From positions 620,001-684,000 of the forward strand of contig MU053645.1 in NCBI GenBank assembly GCA_013239625.1: 64,000 bases of DNA, read 5' to 3'. This DNA is from Lama guanicoe (lineage: Eukaryota). Below, in pieces: positions 12,201 to 25,880 of the stretch. Positions within the stretch are counted from its first letter, which is position 1; every line of letters begins with the position of its first letter. The translations under genes were made by a program, and so were the position numbers. A model generated the notes under the pieces. That model had not been told where the DNA came from. It worked only from the letters and a program-made list of their open reading frames with translations, and ran no database searches.

Positions 12201-14239
12201 GGACTCATTTTTCCCAACACAGCACTTCTCCCTGATGCACACAGATACTCCATCACTAACTCATCTCTTAAGTCATCCCAAAACTGAGTTTTCAATGGTT
12301 ACTCCTTTGGGTTACCAAGTTTGGTCTTTTACCTCTTTTCCCTAATTCTCTCCTGATCTAACATTCCTGATTTCCTTATCTGGAAATGGCTGCTTCACTA
12401 ACTTATGTCTTATGCCATTTCAATCTTTCTCTTGTTCCTAGTCAAAACTTAGTCTTTGGCATATACATCTGGTGCCTAACCAGGGCAGTATTTCCCAAGT
12501 AACCCACCTCTGTGCCATTGCTCAAATCTTCATTTAATCTTAGACATTTCCCTAATTAGAAGGGACTGGGGGAAGGTCGAAGATGCTTAGAGTTGAGGGG
12601 TGGGACCTAGGATACCTGGAAGAACAAGGAGCCAATAATATTTAAACATTGAATCACAACCAACTTATTTTGATGAAATGCAAATATTTAGGTTTACTCT
12701 GACTGTTAGTTTTGATGAAGTCTTTTCTTTCTTGTGTTAAAATAATTTCTTCAGTGGCTTTATTGGCCTGATTCCAAATTATCCGTCTCATAATTTTAAA
12801 CTCGTAACAGTAATTTTTGAAACAAAATTTTCATCCTGAATTCAAATCATTGAACTTAAAGGTTAATGGATATGACTAAATATTCAGCCACTCAACTGTT
12901 TTCTTAACTCACTGTAACTTTTCCTGTTTCACCATTATTCTCCTCAAGGAAGATTCTGGATTGGAGTGCTTTTAAATGGAATTGATCAATGATACTGGGA
13001 TTGGTTGGATACAATCCCAGACCAAGAGTTCCTAGCATCTGCCTCTAGATGGGTAGTTTTAGGAATTCCTTCTTTCCAGTTCATCTGATTTGGACAGTAG
13101 CAAAAAAACAAAAAAAAATGTACAATTAGGCTCATATGCCTTACGAGCACAGGAAGTACACTTGAAATACCTTTTCAAAATTGACATGAAAATCAACATA
13201 GGTAAAATATTCCAATTCAGACCCATGGTTACTGGGGTCATTTTGGAAAGAACTGCAGTACAAGTTTATTTTGAGTTTCTTTATTACTTTTACTGTGATC
13301 TAATAAACAGAAATTTATTTATATGATAGATGTACAGACACTCACTATACTGTTTGCAGCATGGCTTGTGAAGTCTGGTTTACCTACATTTGATATCAGT
13401 AAGAATGAAAAAAGAAGTAAGCAATAAATTCTGCAGTGTTCAAAATCTCCTAATTCTTGCACAGGTGTACCTCACTTTATAGAAACCTAACATGCAAATT
13501 TACCTCTGAAAATAAATTATGGGCCACCTTTTGCTTTAAAAATTCTGTATTTTATAAAAAGACTCTCATTAGATAACTTATAAAAAATTTACATGCAACT
13601 ATAGTTACTGATCCCTCAGAATGTGACAATAAAATTTATACATATATGCAAATAATGAGCTTGCATAGTTTCAGAATGTTTATGTAAGAAATTCGTCAAT
13701 TAAGTTATTTAGTAAGAAGCTAAGATTTCAAGACACTTCTCATTCCAACTATGATTTCCTTTCCTGGTCTGAGTATATTCAGTATACGGGAAAGTCACAT
13801 ACATATCTATATATTCATCTACAGTACCACACAGACTATGCCATCTTCTTCCACAACCTCCAGAATAAAATTTGAAAAGCTAAGCAAATATGTTTTAGTG
13901 CCAGAAATGCATAGAAGGTTGCCCTAGTTCTTCCCCACTAAAATGTCTCCTTCACTCAGTGGCCAATGTTTGCAATTCAACTAACTGAGATGCATTACTT
14001 CAACTTAAAACTGTGGTGACTTGTTCAAGTGAAAATCACTCTATTAAAGTAAATACGTGTAGCTACTAGTAGTCATTTGAAAGTTTGTGTGAATTGGTTC
14101 ACCAGATTGTATCCTGAAAGCTGAGAGAAGGAACTGAGTAGACATTAGAGACTAGATGCCTAGAAGAATATTGCTGATAAGATAAAAAAGTTTTTAGTGT
14201 TGAATTCATATCTCATTTATTTTTAACTTTTGGCTAGGG

Positions 14240-15960
14240 TGAATTTTAACTATATGCATTAATATGTAATAATTATTTAAAAAATATTTTTGCATGTAAA
14301 ATTCTAGTTTTAACACATGTGTAGACTATGTAACTACCACCATTGACAGGATACAGAACAGTTCTAACACACCAGAGATTTCCTTTGTGCTGCCCACTGC
14401 CTTTTTTGTATATATATATATATATTTTTTTTATTGAAGTATAGCCGGTTTACAGTGTGTCAATTTCTGGTGCACAGCATAATGCTTCAGTCATACATGA
14501 ACATACATATATTCTTTTTCACCATAAGTTACTACAAGATATTAAATATACTTCCCTGTGCTATATAGTATGAACTTGTTGTTTTTCTATTTTATATATG
14601 TTAGTTGGTATCTGCACATCTCAAGTTCGCAATTTATCCCTTCCCATCTCCTTCCCCTTGGTAACCATAAGTTTGTTTTTCATGTCTGTAAGTCTGTTTC
14701 TGTTTTGTAAATAAGTTCATTTGTGTCAATTTTTTTTAGATTTCACATTAAGTGATATCATATGGTATTTTTCTTTCTCTTTCTGACTTACTTCACTTAG
14801 AATGACCTCCTCCAGGGACATCCATGTTGCTGCAGATGGCATTATTTTATTTTATTCTTTTTTATGGCTGAGGAGTATTCCATTGTATAAATATACCACA
14901 ACTTCTTTACCCAGTCATCTGTTGATGGCCATTTAGGTTGTTTCCATGTCTTGGCTATTGTACATAGTGCTGTTATGAACATTGGGGTACATGTACCTTT
15001 TTGAATTAAGGTTCCCTCTGGATATATGTCCATGAGTGGGATTGCTGGATCATACAGTAAATCTATTTTTAGTCTTTTGAGGAATCTCCATACTGTTTTA
15101 CATAATGCCTTGTGCTATCCCCTCTCAATCTCTTTCCCCATCGGTAACCCCTTGGTAGCCACTGAACTGTTCTATCTCCATATAGTTTCACCTTTGCCAG
15201 AATGTTGTCTAAATAGAATTATACAGTATGTAATCTCTTGTGTCTGATTTCTTACTGTTGCATGTATCAGTGGTTCATTATACTATTTCATTGTGTGGAT
15301 GTACTACAATTTCTTTATCCATTCACTTGTTAAAGGCCATTTGGGCTGTTTTCAGTTTTAGGCAATTATGAATCATGCTGTTCTAAATATTGTGTACAGA
15401 TTTTTTGTGCAAACACAAGTTTTCATTTTAAGATTGCTCGGTCACATTTTACACATAATTTTTATGTTTAAATTTATAAGAACTTGCTAAGTCATTTTCC
15501 AGAGTGGCTATGCCATCTTTCATTCCAACTAGGAGTATATGAAAGTTTCAGTTGCTCCACATTCTTGTCAGCACTTCATGTTATCAGTATTTTAATTTTA
15601 ATGTTAGCTATTTTAATCAGTAGGTAATGGTAGCTCAATGTGGTTTTAATTTGCATTCCCTAATGATTAATAATTTTTAACATCTTTTCACGTGCCTTTT
15701 AGCCATCTGTTTATCTTCTTGGTTAAATATCTGTTCAATCTGTTTTAAACTGAATTGTCTTTCTCATTAATAAGTTTTGAGAGTTTTTTTAATATATTCT
15801 GGATTCAAGTACTTTGTTATACATGTGATTTGCAAATGTGTTCTTCCATTCTGTGACTTGTCTTTTCATTATTTTAGCAGTGTCTTTTGTAGGACAAAGT
15901 TCTACATTTTGACGAAGTCCAATTTATCATTTTTTTCATGCTTTTGGTGACACATCCATA
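14240..15960 (-). mobile_element. Old L1 (L1MC/ME-like) 3' region, split by a younger L1
   Basis: Antisense ORF2 3' motifs: ttttccagagtggctatgccatctttcattccaac, gtggttttaatttgcattccctaatgattaat, ttttgacgaagtccaatttatc. Confidence 0.8.
14404..15105 (-). mobile_element. Young camelid-type L1, 5'-truncated (ORF2 C-terminus plus 3' UTR)
   Basis: ORF 14842-15033(-) gives L1 ORF2 C-terminal peptide TCTPMFITAL.TIAKTWKQPKWPSTDDW.KKLWYIYTMEY.SAIKKN. Camelid-type 3' UTR and T/(TA) tail at 14402-14432. Possible short TSD TGCCTT (14398-14403, 15106-15111). Confidence 0.9.
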
Positions 15961-16029
15961 TCATTAACTTTCCCATTTTAGGCTGGTCCATGTACTTGCA
16001 CACAAAAGGTAGAATGGAAATATCAAAAG

Positions 16030-16310
16030 ATTAAGTCAAAATACTTGCATTTCTGTCCCAGTTATACAACTGTAAACTTTCCCAAATCACTAAATTTCTT
16101 TGACTCTCCAATTCTCACTCTTTAAAATGGGGATAATAATTCCTGAAATGTCTAACTCAGCTTTATATTCTCAGAGCCTAATGACACTGCAGACACTTAG
16201 CAGGAGCTCAGTAACTATGTAAATTAACAAGGTAATTACAAGGATCAATTAAGCTCATGTTAGTAAATTAGAAAGTACTATCAGATGTAAAGTATTGTTA
16301 TGGAATCAAA
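16030..16310 (+). mobile_element. MIR SINE, possibly with an L2 3' piece inside
   Basis: ctccaattctcactctttaaaatggggataataat...acaaggatcaattaagctcatgttagtaaa. Confidence 0.6.
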
Positions 16311-19300
16311 TCTAAACATGGATTCATAGATGTTTAGTGCTTGAAGGAATAATAGAGCACATAGTGTGGTACTTTATATCCATCCCACCAATTTCCTAAT
16401 TTCACAGGTGCAGCAACTAATAGACGCATTTAATACATTTAGGTTGGTTTATTTTGCTCCAGTAAAATGAACCAGGGGTCCCTACCAAATGGAAAGCAGT
16501 TTTAATAAGCTAAGAAAAATAGGATCATTCAAATAGTTGATGATTTTCAACTCTCAGTGGGTACAAATATAGTCACTGTAGGGAAAAAACACATTGGTGG
16601 TCACTATACTGTGTTCAGCAATAGGTGTATGTATCAGTTCCATAAGTAAGCCTGGCTGGACCAGAATATTAAACCTTAATCTATGTGGAAAGTAATAAAA
16701 AGGATAATAAAAATGTATCTGCTATACCAATGATCAAGCCATTTATTAAAGTCAAGAATAGTTTGTATATTAAAATTCAAGTTGATCTAATGATTCATGC
16801 ATAGGCATGGTCCATAATATTATAAGTGTTAGTTTCCCATCTGTCACCAAGACAAAAAAATCAATTATTATACCCACTGCCAGATAATTGTTTGAATAGA
16901 TAAAATGACTTGATGAGAAATTACTTTGGGTTAAAAACAACAAATTGGTTCTTTGATTTAGCAATGAGTTCCCTGATTGTGGAAAGTAGCTTCCCCAAGG
17001 TCTGGTTCGCACTTTATAATTGGTGTCTGTATCCTAGGGTTTTGCCCTGGACTCTCTGAATGTGCCCCCATCCAACAACTGCAAATAACTTTGTACAAAA
17101 AATAAAATACACATTTTTTTCTAGAAAATCTTGAGGTAAGTCTTTCAGGACTCCCTAGCTTTCTAATCAGAGTTTCATTTCAAGAGAACTAAATTCAAAG
17201 TGACTTCAACAAAAGCAAAAAAAAAAAAAAAAAAAGAAGCTAAAATAGACAAGCAACATACAGACACCACTTTCAGTGAAAACACTGGGAGAGCCAGCTT
17301 CTCCCAACTTCCCAACCTGTATTCCCACGGCCAACCACAGGGCAGACTTTATGAGTGACCAACTGCCTACAGGTACTGTGATTTCAGTAGCGGTAAGAAA
17401 GCTAGCTTTATCATTAATACCTCTTTCATGTAACTCAGGTCAAATAGGTTATGTATTGAACCCAAGACACATCACCCTGGAAAAGGAAACACACTGAACA
17501 CTCTCACTCATCGTTAACACTTTAGAGTGAACTTGCTCCTCAAATCTTTTTCAGATATAATTTTCCAGAGGGAGGGGTTGAGTGCCTGGGGAGGATACTG
17601 ACCATTGGCTGTAACAGTTATGGTGGGAACATTCTAGGGTAAGAAAAGTACAGAAAAGGTAGACTGAGGACACTGAATCTGCTACCCAAATTTGCAGGGG
17701 TCTGGTCCTGCCCACCTAAACCTTGGAACATGAGGATTCTTGGCTTGGTAAACTGAGCTTGTCAATAAGCAGTTTACGAGCCTGGTCAAAGTTTGGCCGG
17801 AGCGTGTCCAAAAACCATCTGGATCTGATTTCCTTCAGTATATTCAAAGCTCTCATCACAGATTTCTTAACCCCACTTTCTCTTACAACTCTCCCTTTAC
17901 ATTAACTTTTCTTTTCTACTGTCTCTTCTCTCCCTATAATTTACACATGAGTTTCATGTCTTCCATTCTTATAAACTCTCCCTACTTCCTGTCTGCTCTT
18001 TGGTAAGTGTCAAGACTAAAGAGTAAGTACCAAGAGCAGACAGGTTCTTATCCGTCTCAAAGACAGACATCAGAAAGGTGGGAAAGGTTATTTCTGGAGA
18101 TGACTCTCCCAAGAGTCTCTAACACGTGCCCTCTCTTTGCCTAAAGCTGTTGACAGTTTTGTTGAGTAGCAAGAAGAGATTTTCTGTATTTTAAGGGAAG
18201 CAAGTTGGCTAAAAATAAACACAGTCAGATCCTGTTATGGAGATGTGAGAATATCAGAGGTCAGATAATGTTTCCTGAGGCTTAACATGGGCCTGTAGGA
18301 AAAGCCTGAAGAATGTGGTTTGCTTGTAAGGGAGATTTGGGTGCTGAAACACATACTAGATATAAAGAGATGCCACTATCCATCTCTTTCATTTTGGTGT
18401 GTGAGCCTCTATCAAATTTGCTATGTCAGAAGGTGGGTATCTGATGGAGATTACCTCTCAGATCACATGCCAATGCAGAAGTCCCACTTACTGGCTGTCC
18501 TATCCTAGAAACCGGGGCAAGCCATCTAGTAGGACTGCATTAGTCCCGTGCATTTAGTTGTTAATGCAATTTGAGTTTCTGATCAACTCTTCTTCATAAC
18601 CAACCCTACTAAGAGTAAAGCACTTGCTGGCTACTCAGTAAATATTTAGATGCAGTCATATTACACATGAGCTTTATGTACCAAGATAAAATTGAAAATG
18701 CCTTGAAAACTGCTTTGCTTTGTTAAACAGTAATTTTTCTTCACGTTTTACTAAACATGTTTTACTAAAACAGCTAGCATACAACATAATGAGTTTATAG
18801 AGTCAGTACTATGCTATGCAACTGAGTCTATTTAATGTTATAAACTATATTGTACTTTGTAAGCAAACATTTCAATTATGAAGCTAAACAATGCTTTAAC
18901 AGGAAGTATTTATCAAATTGATCTAAAATGCTATCTCAAAGAATATGCTATAGTTTACAGATATCTGACCAAAAATCAGACTACAAATCTCTTTAATTTC
19001 CAAATTGCCAATAACATCAGTTTTTATGGTTTCAAATGGTTTTTAATTAGTTTACTATTAACAGGAGTATTTTTAGCATGCTAAACATTGGCATTCTAAT
19101 GAAAAAAGACACTGGATAAATCTGGCAATAAGTGTTTCTAGAGATCTCCCTGAGTAGCATGATAAATAGGCATAGTTCCTGAATTTAAAGTACTTATGTA
19201 CTTATATTATGCCACTTCACTGAGCAAGGCTTATAATTACATCGATTAAGATACAGTAGAAAAACATACTATGTGACCCCAAACAGAATAACCACAGATA

Positions 19301-19830
19301 ATAACACCACATAGCAAGGCTAGTTTATTGAGGTATAACACTTAAGTTTCATCTCACATGCCGACTTTGGTTGGTTGGTAATGAATAACTGGAATTACTG
19401 AGAGAGATTTTGTGGCCCTATGTGTACTCAGAAGGAAAGAGTACTATAAAATGGTCGGCAATGTCTGCCGTGGATATAAGAAATGGAAATGGCAGCAGAA
19501 ATGCCAGGTGTATTCCATCCTTACTCTATCAAAATGGTATTGTTCAACCCTGTTGCTCTATTATCACAGAGGGGTTCAGAACTATTACTGTGAATTGTGG
19601 AGAAAACATAAGCAAGAGAATGTGCTGGCTAATTAGAGACTGGGCTTGGTTAATCCAGGAAGATTTTTGGAGAAAATGGGTCATGAGAATTCTTCTTCAG
19701 TTTAGGTACACAACTTAAGGCAATGTGTTCTCCCATTTATTGCGTATTTACAGTAGTCAGTGGGACTAGGCTTCGACACCACAGTTGGCCAATACATGTT
19801 CCTCCCTAACAGAAACGACATACAAGCTAC

Positions 19831-19950
19831 AAAAAAGAAAAAGGAAGGAAGGAAGGAAGGAGGGAAGGAAGGAAGGAAGGAAGGAAAGAAAAGAGAAAAG
19901 AAAAAAGAAAAAAAGAAAAGAAAAAAGAAAAAAAGAAAAGGAAAGAAAAA
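19831..19950 (+). repeat. Compound (GGAA)n/(GAAAA)n polypurine microsatellite
   Basis: 120 consecutive A/G bases. Confidence 0.95.
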
Positions 19951-20000
19951 TCCTCCTGACTGGAAGTTTTTGGTTTATAAGAAGAGTTAATTCTTTAGGC

Positions 20001-20185
20001 CAGGGTTCCAGAATCTGAAAACTATGGTTATATATGTCCCATAGGTCAAATTTAGCTTTAGGCCTGCTTTTGTAAATAAAGTTTTACAGGAACACAATCA
20101 CTCCCACTTGTTTACTTATTTTCTATGGTTGTTTTCCTACAATAACAGCAGAGTTCAGTAGTCACTAAAAGTAGTCTATGGTCAA
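20001..20185 (+). mobile_element. MER58-like hAT-Charlie non-autonomous DNA transposon
   Basis: gcctgcttttgtaaataaagttttacaggaacacaatcactcccacttgtttacttattttctatggttg...acagcagagttcagtagt. Confidence 0.8.
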
Positions 20186-20194
20186 CCTGCTTTG

Positions 20195-20326
20195 TTGGTT
20201 AAAATGCAGATTCTTGGGATAACACCAAAGGCACTGAATAAAACTCTCTTTTTAAGGAGACAAAAATATGCATTTTATAAAGCATGACAATGTATTCTGA
20301 AGCATATTAAAATTTGAAAACCATTG
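20195..20326. mobile_element. MER5-like hAT fragment
   Basis: gttaaaatgcagattcttggg...atatgcatttt...aaaatttgaaaaccattg. Confidence 0.65.
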
Positions 20327-23009
20327 TTTTGTGTCACCAAATTTTGTAAGTATAGACTCTGAATCAACTACTTTGACAATGAGGGATATCTACAGCATCT
20401 TTAATCTGCCATATTGATGAGATACTTTCATAGTGTTCCTAGAGCCAAATAATGGAAATTCCATTCGCTTCTCTCGAACATTCAGCAGTCTGCCCATGCT
20501 GAAGTTGTTACAACTCATTTATAACTTGAAGCTCATTTTCACAACTTTAGATCAATATAGTAATTTATGTAATCCCATTTTTATTTAGAATCTGCAGAGC
20601 ATTAGACCATGCACTAGAGGCGAACGATTTCTGTGATAAAAACTACAATTTATGGTAAGACTCTGGGATTCATATTCCGATCTTATTTTCATGTTCTAAA
20701 GCTCTCTTCAGTGAAGTCTAGCACAGATTTCATTTTAAATCAAGATATTTCTGGGTGTTCTCGAGTCTTTAGGGCAGAATGTGTGCCCATCTAATTCAGC
20801 TGACTGCCTCTTGGGAAAGGAAAATCACAGGTTTTTCAGATTTGGGGTGGGGGAGCACTGTCCACCTAATTTCCAAGTCTCTCAACCAAATCTGAATTCT
20901 TAAGGCAACTGACCTTTCTGCACTCATTTTACATAAATTATGGTGATTGTAGGAGTAAGAAATAAATGAGGGCTAAGGATGAATGGCTAGTTTTATAAGA
21001 GGAACACTACATCCTGAAGTTCTCAGAAGACTATATACACGTGTACCACAGATTTAGTACTGACTGAATCTAGGAAGTCTACTTTAAATCCCTTCTGTTT
21101 TACCCCTCAGTTATATATGTTAGAAATTATAGATACTATTGGTTGATATCACTTGCCAAATACAAAAACAAGGTGGGCAAAGCTTCTTGTCTTTCTGAAA
21201 GAAGCAGGAACTGCATGGTGGAGGTGGAATCAAATGACATCTAGAAATTTCGGAGGAGTCTCAGACAGAGCTGGCTGCTGCTGTCAGGAACTCTTGGGGA
21301 AATGGCTTCTGAGATTATTAAGGCAAATGGCATTGAGACAAAGTAAATCTAAGTTAGCAAACTCATGACCCAGGAATGAAAATAAAGCTGAGAATTAGTG
21401 AAATTCAGTTTCAACAGAAAAAGGGAAAGCTACCACATTTATTTGTATCCGTAGAGTCTGGAAATGGGGAGTTTTTACAGTTCACAAATTTTAGACCACT
21501 GGTGCCTGTATGTAAGAAAGTTTAGGCCTTTGGAAATCCTTGATAGTTATTTAGTGCATTAAATATTTTATAGTCTTTTTCCCTTTAGATATTATTGTTT
21601 CCTTCATTTCGATACTATGTTTTGAAAACAGGGAAACCTAGACGTTGCTATATGATTCAATTTTATTTTCTGATGTAGCATTAACTAAAGTGTTTTGTTT
21701 ATGATTCTCATTTTCTTTTAAATTTTCTTATATACTTCATGCATTTGTATATATTGAAGGCATATATTTCAATATTTTAAGCCAGAATCTTTGTTGGAAT
21801 ATTCTATACCTCCAATATCTAGTTATGATGACTATATATATATATATATATGTATTATTTTATGTACTTTCAATAGTGACTAAATCAGAAACTCAATCAC
21901 AGATTTGCTAAATGACCTCTCCTGTTATGGACAGAAGCCAGCAATTAGTAATTAGTCTTAAACCATAATCTAAATCTCACTTATACATGTTACATACATA
22001 AATGTAGTTCTCAAAATGTCAAAAGGATAAAGATGTTTCCTTCTGAGGAAGACTGTCCTTTTGGGTTCTACCTCCTCTCATGACACTGATAAGCTTTCCA
22101 GTTTAATGTAATTCAATTAAACAATACTTACTGAATGCCAGGTAAAGACAAGGAGTGATGTCAGGAGCTGCAAATTAGCAAGGCCTATATAGTGTCCACA
22201 CAACTGCTGCATTTATAAACATGACTCCAGAGAGTTTAGAGAAAGGACACTAGGAAGAGTAAGAAGGCAGAAGTGATACATCTTAATGTAAATAAAATAT
22301 TTGAGGTGGCTCCACTTGGGAAAAACCCCTCCCAGGGCCTAGTTCTATAAACCCCCCTGTCGGACACATGCCTGACTCAGAGACAGAGACAACAGCTGCT
22401 CAAAGTCATGGGGTGTTAGAGAGTCCCAGAACAGGTGGGAGGATGAAGAATCAGGAGGGACAGGGAGACAGTGAGTGCTGGCAATAGGAGGCCTGACCAG
22501 GAGCCTGTACGAGCCCTAGCCCTGGCCCCCAACCCAGCAAGAGGAAGAATGGAGCCCAGCCCAGGATAGCAACTAATCCAAGGTGACCTGATTAAAATGC
22601 CTAACTAGGCCCAGCTAGCCAAACTCTCAAAAGATTCTGCAGCATCCCATTGGGAATTTGCCACTTGTGACAAAAATAACATGGTATAACATGCAAGTGT
22701 GGTGTATTTATAAAAAATCCAAGTTTTAGATCCAAGCCGTTTTGTATATAAGGAATGGAGACAAAAGTGAATCCTGGGCTTATGATTCCTCCTTTCAAAA
22801 TAAATTATTTTTATAATTTTATTTGAAATCAATGAAGTATAATTGGGGTTATCAAGAATTTCTTAACCCAAGATTTCCTCTGGTGTGGACTGAGAGCATA
22901 TGGCCATGCCTAGAATATCATAAAAACATCCGGTCTCAGGATAGCATGTCTGCATATTGAGGGATGGGGGAAGGAAAGCTGGTAATCCATTTATTAATTT
23001 CCTTACTCA

Positions 23010-23460
23010 GTTACTCATTCAATCAGTAAATATTTAATTGTCAATTGTGTACCAAAGATTGTGTTAGGTGCTGGCGATACAGAATTGAGCAAAGGCACAG
23101 TCCCAATCTTCATGGATATCACAATGGGGGAGGCAGATAATAAAGATGTAAACACACTTATAATTACACATTATTTTAAGTGCCTTGAAGGAAATAAACA
23201 GGCTGCAGTTAGAGAGAAGGTCACTGGGGAAGGGGATACTTAGATGGGATGGTCAAGGAGGTCTCACCTAGGTGCTTTTTATAATGACAACTGAAGGATT
23301 GCCAAGCCAGGGAAGAGCTTTATTGGTAAATGAAATGGCAAATGTGATACCCTGAGGTAGGAAGAGCATGGTGTGTGAGAGGAGTTAAAAGACGAGGAGA
23401 ACAGACTGAGGTTGGGGACATAGGCAGGGGTTAGAGGACACAAGGTTTTATAGTCAAGTG
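23010..23460 (-). mobile_element. L2 LINE 3' region
   Basis: actcattcaatcagtaaatatttaattg...gtgttaggtgctggcgatacag...gatggtcaaggaggtctc...ccctgaggtaggaagagcatgg. Confidence 0.8.
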
Positions 23461-23507
23461 GTTTGAGTCTCTTCTGAGGGTTTACTCTACTTGCTCAGTG
23501 AGCCTCA

Positions 23508-23765
23508 CCATTCATTCATTCATTCATTCATTCAGTAAATGTTGAATGAGTGCCTGCTGTGTCCTCTTATAGACCCTGAGAATATACAGAACAGGGAACA
23601 AAACAGTTAATCCCTGCCCTCAGGAATCTGACATTTTACTGAAAGGGAGACAGACAGTAAATAAGAAAACAGCAAAAATAAACAAGAGAATTACAGATTT
23701 TGATAGGTGCTATGACAGAAATAAAAAGTGCTATTACAGAGAATAACAGGGGGAGGGGACCCCTT
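23508..23765 (-). mobile_element. L2 LINE 3' end with (TTCA)n tail
   Basis: (cattca/ttca)n at 23509-23533, then gtaaatgttgaatgagtgcctgctgtg...tccctgccctcaggaatctgacatttt. Confidence 0.8.
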
Positions 23766-23949
23766 TAATCAATTTCATTTCCTGACAGGGAGCTCTGCAT
23801 TTGTTGGGTTTATGTTATTGTTTCTGTTGCTGCTGGGGGTGTGAGTATTTTTGCTGAAATAAGCTAAAGTAAATCTGGAAAATAACTGGCGACATCAGAG
23901 AAAGCAGAAATTCGTACTTTTGCTCTCTTGTTCTCCAACTTAAAAAATA

Positions 23950-24020
23950 CAGTTCAAAAATTACATTGTACACCCTAAATATATAAACTTTTTTGTCAAT
24001 CATACTTCAGTAAAGATGAA
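23950..24020 (+). mobile_element. Short old L1 (L1MA/MB-type) extreme 3' end
   Basis: ttacattgtacaccctaaatatataaacttttttgtcaatcatacttcagtaaag. Confidence 0.6.
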
Positions 24021-25489
24021 GGGGAGGAGAAAAAAATTCAAAACTTCACTACAGTTCCACAAAGACCTTGTGAGAATAATTAGTAGTTGGAGGAAGCAAG
24101 ATCATCACACTTTCTCAGATCTCCTTCCCCTGATAATAGGGCCTGAACACACAGACCAGCAAAGGAAAGGAAGAGGCTAGCAGGGGTTGACAGTTACACT
24201 GAGTCAAAAAACTGATTATTGTCAGTGAATTTCAAGCTTGCTGAATCCACCCATAGAAATTTATATCAAGTTAAAAAAAAACAAAAAACAAAAACAACCA
24301 GTTAAGGGTGGCTGTATTACTTACAATCCCTGGGGGGAAATGTTCTTATCATCTTTAATTATATCCCTTTCCTTTTCCTATGTCTTCAATTTCCTTATTC
24401 CTGTCTCTTCCCTAAGCTCATCTTCTTTATTCCCCCATCCTCTGTTTTTCTCTCTCTCCCTCTGCCTATCTTTGCCTTAGGTCAGCTAGGTGTTTACTTG
24501 GAAGGTGACATTTGCCTCCCTGGTTGTAGTCAGCGTTGTGTTGTTCTCAGTTAGGGGTCAGGGTCGGGGTTGAGGCAGCCCCTCCTCTCCAAGGTGAGAT
24601 TTAATCTTTCCTCTTTCCAGGTTGGCTGCACTCTGGAACTGAAAACACTGGCTTATCTGTTAGGGCTGACATATAGCTGCCCTAAATTTCTTTTCTGTCT
24701 GACCCTATCCTGGTGGCTAAGTTGGATGGAGACTCAGAGTCAACAAGCTGACCCTCCAACCCGAGCTGGCCACCCGAATACGATGCCCCTGGGTGGTGTC
24801 ATATAGGATCATGAGGCATGAGACAGCTGTTAACTGAGCTAAGCAAGACACAGGTTTACTGGGAAGGAAGACATGGTGGAAAGTAAAGGCCTGTCAGTTA
24901 CACACTCAGTTCCTTTGTTCACTGTTTAGCTTCCCACCATTCCCTCCCCTTCAGTTTCAATGTAAATCCTCTTTATCATTCCACTTCCTACCCCGATTGT
25001 ATGCTACTCTTATCCTAAGCAGTATGATTATCTTGGCACAGGTTTCCCAGGCTTGTCTTTCTTGAGGAAATTCAGAAGAAGTAGATGGAGGTCCAGGAGC
25101 AGCCAGAGGCGAGAGTTAAATACAGTTGTAACCCTGACTGTTATCTCTGAGTAGGCTAGTGGGGCTTTTCAGTCAAACTTCTCAAACTTCCCAATACTGA
25201 TTGAGTTGGTCCTGTCCTTAAAGTGACAAATGGTAAACATTCAGCCAAGATTTAAGTTGTTTTTGGAAGCCATTGCTGGGAAAGCATTTAAATAAAGCTT
25301 AGCTATTAACTAAGGGACATAAACCCATGGATACTTTTGCTTTATCAATATAAATGTACCTTGCATTACAATTTGGTTTCTTGATATACACACTCCATAG
25401 TCCCTGAGACAGAATTATCTAAGCAAAATAAGAAGTCTTAGATGGGCCAAATATATGTCTGACTGAAGGTTGCTGGAAATACACAATTG

Positions 25490-25880
25490 GCGGAAAGTTT
25501 CTAGGACATTGTTTTAACATGCAAAATCTTTCTCTCAATTATAACAATGTCTCTCAATTGTCCAACAATGGAATGGGCTGCCTTGAGTCTGAATGATCAC
25601 AAGTTAAGGATTTATAGAAGAGGATTCCACAATGGCTAGGTAGTTGGACTAGATGAGGAATTCCAAAATAGTACACGGGCCAGTTGTATTGAAAGTACCC
25701 AGTAGGCTTGTTTATAATGCAGGCTTTCAGGTCCCATTTCAGATCTCCTGAATTGAAATCTCACAGTGAATGAAAAGACTCCATTTTCAAAAAGTGCTTG
25801 TAGTTGGTTTATAATGAGAAGATACGTTTGGGAGTCAGTGAACCAAATGACTTGAAAAATCCCTTTCAGATGCAATTTTC
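25490..25880 (+). mobile_element. L3/CR1 3' remnant, apparently interrupted by a MER5-like element
   Basis: tgtccaacaatggaatgggctgccttgag...gttggactagatga. After the MER5: atgacttgaaaaatccctttca. Confidence 0.55.
25665..25840. mobile_element. MER5-like hAT DNA transposon
   Basis: cttgtttataatgcaggctttcaggtcccatttcagatctcctgaattgaaatctc...gtttgggagtcagtg. Confidence 0.65.

Noticed and set aside
14842..15033. 63-aa ORF with real protein-like sequence
   Set aside because: It is the C-terminal part of L1 ORF2 in a truncated element, not a host gene.
19760..20018. Two Lys/Arg/Glu-rich ORFs
   Set aside because: They are translations of the purine microsatellite.
20589..20654. 66-nt + strand AG/GT-bounded open segment (ICRALDHALEANDFCDKNYNL)
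   Set aside because: Peptide not recognised and no consistent + strand exon chain; such segments occur by chance in 64 kb.
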